A stretch of 10,360 nucleotides of DNA from positions 1 through 10,360 of the forward strand of contig CABMCB010000055.1 of assembly GCA_902384455.1 (NCBI GenBank), written 5' to 3'. Position 1 is the first letter of the stretch, and each line of letters opens with the position of its first letter. Both the position numbers and the translations under genes were made by a program. Of this stretch, positions 6,320-10,360 are shown in pieces. Under the pieces are notes generated by a model, which was not told the DNA's origin, ran no database searches, and saw nothing but the letters and a program-made list of their open reading frames with translations. The DNA comes from an uncultured archaeon (GTDB lineage Archaea; Altiarchaeota; Altiarchaeia; IMC4; SCGC-AAA252-I15).

Positions 6320-7449
6320 TGGTAGGAGGAAAAAGTCTTTGGGACTCTGTCTCAGACAAGGATACTAAGAAGAAGGACAAGGAACCTGAGAAGGATAAAG
6401 GGAAAGTCTCGGAAATCAAGAGTTTGCTTGGCGACGACAACAGCCCGCGCTTCAGCATAAAATCCGGGGGAGACGACAGGCAGGCGCTCCTTTATGAGAC
6501 TTACAACAACATCCAGGGGATAGTCACCGGCATACGCCAGGAGGCGGCTAAAGTCATCATCGGCCAAGACGACGTTTTGGAGCAGATGCTTATTGCCATA
6601 TTCTGCGACAGCCACGCTTTGCTTGAAGGTTTTCCGGGGTTAGGAAAAACTTTGACTGTCAGGACGCTTTCTTCGATCATGGACTTGAAGTTCAGGAGGA
6701 TACAGTGCACTCCGGACTTGATGCCTTCAGACGTAATGGGAACCTACATCGTCGACGCAGACTCAAGCGGAAGAAAAAGCTTCCGATTCGAGGAAGGACC
6801 CGTCTTCACAAACGTGCTTCTTGCCGACGAGATAAACAGGGCGACACCCAAATCACAGTCGTCTCTGCTTGAGGCCATGCAGGAGAGGCAGGTTACTGTG
6901 GGCAACGAAAGCCGCAAGCTGGACAAGCCGTTCTTCGTTCTGGCAACCCAGAACCCCATCGAAATGGAGGGCACTTACCCTCTGCCTGAGGCGCAGGTGG
7001 ACAGATTCCTACTGAAGATTATGGTGAAGTACCCCACATTCGAAGACGAAGACTTGATTGTCAGCAGGTACGCCATGGGCTAGCAGCCGCAGATTAAGAC
7101 TGTCGTAAGCAAAAGCCAGGTTCTTGCGCTGCAGGAATTGACCAAACAGATGCCTCTTTCAGAAGAACACCGCAAATACGCCCTAAAATTAGTCTCAGCC
7201 ACACGCCCCAAAGAAGGCAACATAGCATCACAATACCTCGACTACGGAGCAAGCCCCAGAGCAAGCATAGGACTTGTGCTAGCAGCCAAAGCCCGCGCAC
7301 TAATACAAGGACGAAACTACGTCAGCCAAAAAGACGTTGAAGCCATGGCATACCCAGTCTTGCGCCACCGCATAATACTCAACTTCGAAAGCGAAAGAAA
7401 GGGAACAAGCCCAGACGAGGTCATAGAGAAAATTATTGGGGGAGTGTAG
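6319..7449 (+). CDS. moxR: MoxR-family AAA+ ATPase, 376 codons, interrupted by one in-frame TAG at 7081-7083 (readthrough, split gene, pseudogene or base error)
   Basis: Walker [24 protein letters not shown], Walker [32 protein letters not shown] (Arg finger). After the TAG the same frame continues [22 protein letters not shown]...ATRP...YGASPRAS...[11 protein letters not shown], the normal MoxR C-terminal lid. Track ORFs 6319-7083 and 7138-7449 share a frame with no other stop between them. Confidence 0.93.
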
Positions 7450-8330
7450 TGCCAGTCGACGCCGGCTTCCTCGAACAGCTGAAAGAGCTTCAGCTAATAA
7501 CCAGAAAGAAAGTCTCAAGCGCCTACTCTGGAGGCCGCGCCAGCATTACTTACGGCAGGGGCATTGAGCCTGTTGACCACAGAGAGTATTTTCCGGGAGA
7601 CGACTTCCGCCTTATCGACTGGAAAGTGTATTCGCGTACCGAGAAATTGTATATCCGCCGGTTTGAGGAGGAGAGGGATTTGACCCTCCACATTCTTGTT
7701 GACGCCTCAAGCAGCATGGATTTCGCTCACAGGGGGATGAGGAAGTTCGATTACGCCGGAAGCTTAGCCGTCGCGTTTGAGTTCGTGCAGATTAACGCCA
7801 ACGAAAAGTTCGCGCACGCCCTATTCTCTGAGCGCCTAAGGGACGTGCTTGCGCCAAACAAAGGCAAGCACCACCTGTTCAAGGCGATACAACTGATAAA
7901 CCACGCCACTTTGTCTGGTTCCACAAGGATGGACGTGTGCGCCGCACAGTACACGAAGATGATTAAGACCAAGTCGTATATCGTAGTGCTGTCGGACTTC
8001 ATGGAACCCCTTGACGCACTAGAAAACGGCCTATACCGGATGGCCAAGCACAGTAAGGAGATGGCTATTGTGCAGGTTTTGGATCCTTCTGAGATTGAGC
8101 TTGCTTGGGGTGATGACGTCAAGTTCGAGGACATTGAGACTGGTGCTGCGGATACGACTTATCTTTCGCCTCACTTCAAGAGGAATTACCACAGCAAGGT
8201 TGAGGAGCATAATGCCGCAGTGCAGGGCATATGCGAGGACATCGGAGCGGATTTCCATCAGGTCACCACTGACCAGCAGCTTCTTTCGGCGTTCATCGGC
8301 ATAATGGGGGGAGGCACTCACCATGGTTAG
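7449..8330 (+). CDS. DUF58 domain protein (vWA-like MoxR partner)
   Basis: Signature GRGIEPVDHREYFPGDDFRLIDWKVYSRTEKLYIRRFEEER, MIDAS-like LVDASSSM, VVLSDF and VQVLDPSE. The GTG start overlaps the moxR stop (TAGTG). Confidence 0.93.
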   Translation: MPVDAGFLEQLKELQLITRKKVSSAYSGGRASITYGRGIEPVDHREYFPGDDFRLIDWKVYSRTEKLYIRRFEEERDLTLHILVDASSSMDFAHRGMRKFDYAGSLAVAFEFVQINANEKFAHALFSERLRDVLAPNKGKHHLFKAIQLINHATLSGSTRMDVCAAQYTKMIKTKSYIVVLSDFMEPLDALENGLYRMAKHSKEMAIVQVLDPSEIELAWGDDVKFEDIETGAADTTYLSPHFKRNYHSKVEEHNAAVQGICEDIGADFHQVTTDQQLLSAFIGIMGGGTHHG

Positions 8331-10281
8331 TGTGCTGGGGCTTCTTACGGGGCTTTTCAGTTATCCTGCAGCACTTCTTGGGGCGTTCCTCATTTTCCCC
8401 ATCATACTTCTTTACCTGCTTAGGCCGCGCCCCATCGTCGTCCGGTTTCCCACCATAATGTTCATCCAGAAGACTGAGAAAAGCAGGCGCTTCAACACCC
8501 TCTTCAACCGGTTCGTCCGCGACCCCCTGCTGATAATCCAGATACTCGTCATACTTCTCCTAACACTTTCCGCTGCGGGACCGTTCATTCCCCTTAAGGA
8601 ACCTAAGACTGGTCCGGCCGCGGTAGTCCTCGTTTTGGACGCGAGCGCCAGCATGAAGTCGACTGTTGCGGGGCAGACGTACTCGCGGTTTGAGGCCGCA
8701 CGGCGTAAGGCGGTTGACGTGGTTAAGGAGCTTCCTTCGGATAGCACTGTGACTTTGATGCTTGCTGAGAATATGCCTATTACTGTTGTCGCCGACGCTG
8801 CGCCGGAAAGGGCGATTGACGCATTAAGCAAGGTTTCTGCTTCCGACACAAAGACTAACTTGGGCGACGCCATGCTTTTGGGGCGGGACACTTTGTCCAA
8901 GTCCACTCTCGCCAGGCAGATGATAGTACTATCAGACTTCGGGCCTTACCAGGGGCTGGACCCGTTTGTCGCAGCCAAAATAGTCGCCATAAACAGCGTT
9001 GAAGTCTCGCTTGTGAACGTGGGCGAAGGCGAAGACAACATCGGAATCATAGGGTTTGAGGCCAAGAGGATAATCACAGACCGCACTAAACTCTCTGTTT
9101 CCACGGCCGTCGGAAACTTCGGTCCTGAGGGGCGCAAGGTTGACGTCACTTTGACTGTGGACGGAAGCATCGTCGGTTCGCAGCAGAAGACCATTAAGTC
9201 GGGTGATGAGGAGTTCATCTATTTCAGCCCCAACGTAACCAACGACCCGCATGAGGTTGTTGTTTCGGCGTACACCGACGGCGACCTGCTGAAGGTGGAC
9301 GACGACGTCCGCGCAGTAATACCGGCCGTAACTTTCCACAGGGTTCTTTTGATTACTCGGGAGGATGGAGACAAATTCCTTAAGGACGCTTTGGCCGCTA
9401 TTTCCACGATTAAATTCGACGTTGTGGTGCCGCCTGTGCTGCCTGCGTTTTCTAACTACGACACAATCATTATTGGTGACGTAGACCCCACCAAGATTCT
9501 TCCAGGAACATTCTGGAACCTTAAGAACCACGTGGACAACGGCGGCTCCGCCATAATAATGGGGTCGGACGGACTGGGCGGCATTAGAAACCGCGACCTA
9601 GAAGACATACTTCCCGTGCTCGTCGGCGAAAACGTCGTCAACAAAGACGGAGTAACGGTGAAATCGGCCGCAGACCACGACGTCCTATCCGACGTCACAT
9701 TCAAGACCACAGCAGTCAACCGATACTACCTCACAATACTCAAGGAAAACGCGACAAGCCTTGCGGAAGGCAAAAACCAGACGCTCATATCACTATGGAC
9801 TTACGGAGGCGGCCGAGTCGCATTCTTCGGTGTGAATCCTACGGCCAGCTGGAGCAACTTCCATCTTAGCTCGTCGTTCCCGATACTTGTCGCCCAGCTT
9901 TTGGATTACTTAAGCAGCCCAGCCGAACAGCTTTCGGTGCATTCGTTGAATACCGGCGAGTACCTTGCTTTGCCTCGCGAAATGAACGTAACCACCCCCG
10001 CAGGCAGGGAAGTTAGGACGCGGAACTTGTTCGCTGACGCCACGGGGATATACGTGATTAACTTCGGCAATAGGATTGATTCCGTCGCAGTCAACCTTCT
10101 TTCGCCGGCGGAATCCAACATAACAACGCCCACAAACAAAGACCTGACTTCAGCGGAAAAATTCACTCCAAAGACAGAGTTGACAGAAGTCAAAAAACCC
10201 CTTTACCCGCTTATTGTGGCGTTCGCGTTAGCCGTAATATTCATTGAAGCCTACCTTTACAGGCGTAGAGGAGCACTATGA
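8323..10281 (+). CDS. BatA-type N-terminal double-TM plus vWA domain membrane protein, with Ig/CARDB-like and class I glutamine-amidotransferase-like regions and a C-terminal TM
   Basis: BatA-like N-terminus FSYPAALLGAFLIFPIILLYLLRPRPIVVRFPT...LLIIQILVILLLTLSAAGP. MIDAS VLDASASM...T...VLSDF. Beta-rich DNIGI...VGNFG...LTVDG. GATase-like fold YDTIIIGDV...LKNHVDNGGSAIIMG. C-terminal LYPLIVAFALAVIFIEAYLYRRRG. RBS GGAGG upstream. Confidence 0.9.
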   Translation: MVSVLGLLTGLFSYPAALLGAFLIFPIILLYLLRPRPIVVRFPTIMFIQKTEKSRRFNTLFNRFVRDPLLIIQILVILLLTLSAAGPFIPLKEPKTGPAAVVLVLDASASMKSTVAGQTYSRFEAARRKAVDVVKELPSDSTVTLMLAENMPITVVADAAPERAIDALSKVSASDTKTNLGDAMLLGRDTLSKSTLARQMIVLSDFGPYQGLDPFVAAKIVAINSVEVSLVNVGEGEDNIGIIGFEAKRIITDRTKLSVSTAVGNFGPEGRKVDVTLTVDGSIVGSQQKTIKSGDEEFIYFSPNVTNDPHEVVVSAYTDGDLLKVDDDVRAVIPAVTFHRVLLITREDGDKFLKDALAAISTIKFDVVVPPVLPAFSNYDTIIIGDVDPTKILPGTFWNLKNHVDNGGSAIIMGSDGLGGIRNRDLEDILPVLVGENVVNKDGVTVKSAADHDVLSDVTFKTTAVNRYYLTILKENATSLAEGKNQTLISLWTYGGGRVAFFGVNPTASWSNFHLSSSFPILVAQLLDYLSSPAEQLSVHSLNTGEYLALPREMNVTTPAGREVRTRNLFADATGIYVINFGNRIDSVAVNLLSPAESNITTPTNKDLTSAEKFTPKTELTEVKKPLYPLIVAFALAVIFIEAYLYRRRGAL

Positions 10282-10360
10282 ACCTCAACATCACGTCACC
10301 TCAAATTTCAGGGATAGCCACAGGAACAGCATTGGACACAATACTAAAACTAAGGTTCGA
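10278..10360 (+). CDS. 5' fragment of the next operon gene (plausibly a second vWA/BatA-type membrane protein)
   Basis: ATG 10278 overlaps the TGA of the previous gene (ATGA), with GAGGAG at 10268-10273. The frame is open to the window end: MNLNITSPQISGIATGTALDTILKLRF. The product call is inference from operon type only. Confidence 0.6.
   Translation, partial: MNLNITSPQISGIATGTALDTILKLRF

Noticed and set aside
6319-8330. Genome-wide TAG reassignment (alternative genetic code)
   Set aside because: There is only one internal TAG in the window. TAG ends moxR and DUF58 at their expected C-termini with stop/start overlaps, and reading through the DUF58 TAG would add nearly 50 codons overlapping the next gene.
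4902-10193. Antisense and alternate-frame ORFs within the operon (e.g. 8932-9531, 8412-8906, 5876-6271)
   Set aside because: They lie entirely inside well-supported plus-strand genes and have no recognisable motifs.

Overview
This window looks archaeal: about 50% GC by eye, TATA-like boxes, GGGGGTG/GAGGAG ribosome-binding sites and many N-glycosylation sequons. The lineage cannot be fixed from sequence alone; the Cys-rich and Thr/Ser-rich surface proteins are reminiscent of Ca. Altiarchaeota (inference). The left 2.9 kb is one uninterrupted minus-strand ORF that the ORF track missed because it runs off the left edge (GTG 2927 to <1, at least 975 aa). It encodes a secreted mucin-like protein with about 96 Cys in three modules separated by Ser/Thr tracts. 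Two divergent membrane glycoprotein genes follow, with a TATA-like palindrome midway between them. The rest is a translationally coupled plus-strand operon: TM coiled-coil protein, membrane protein, MoxR AAA+ ATPase, DUF58, BatA/vWA protein, and the start of another gene. The main oddities are (1) a single in-frame TAG (7081-7083) in an otherwise intact moxR, in the linker between the ATPase core and the lid region, (2) the giant disulfide-rich mucin-like protein, and (3) sharp alternating patches in which codon third positions are almost all A/C or almost all G/T.
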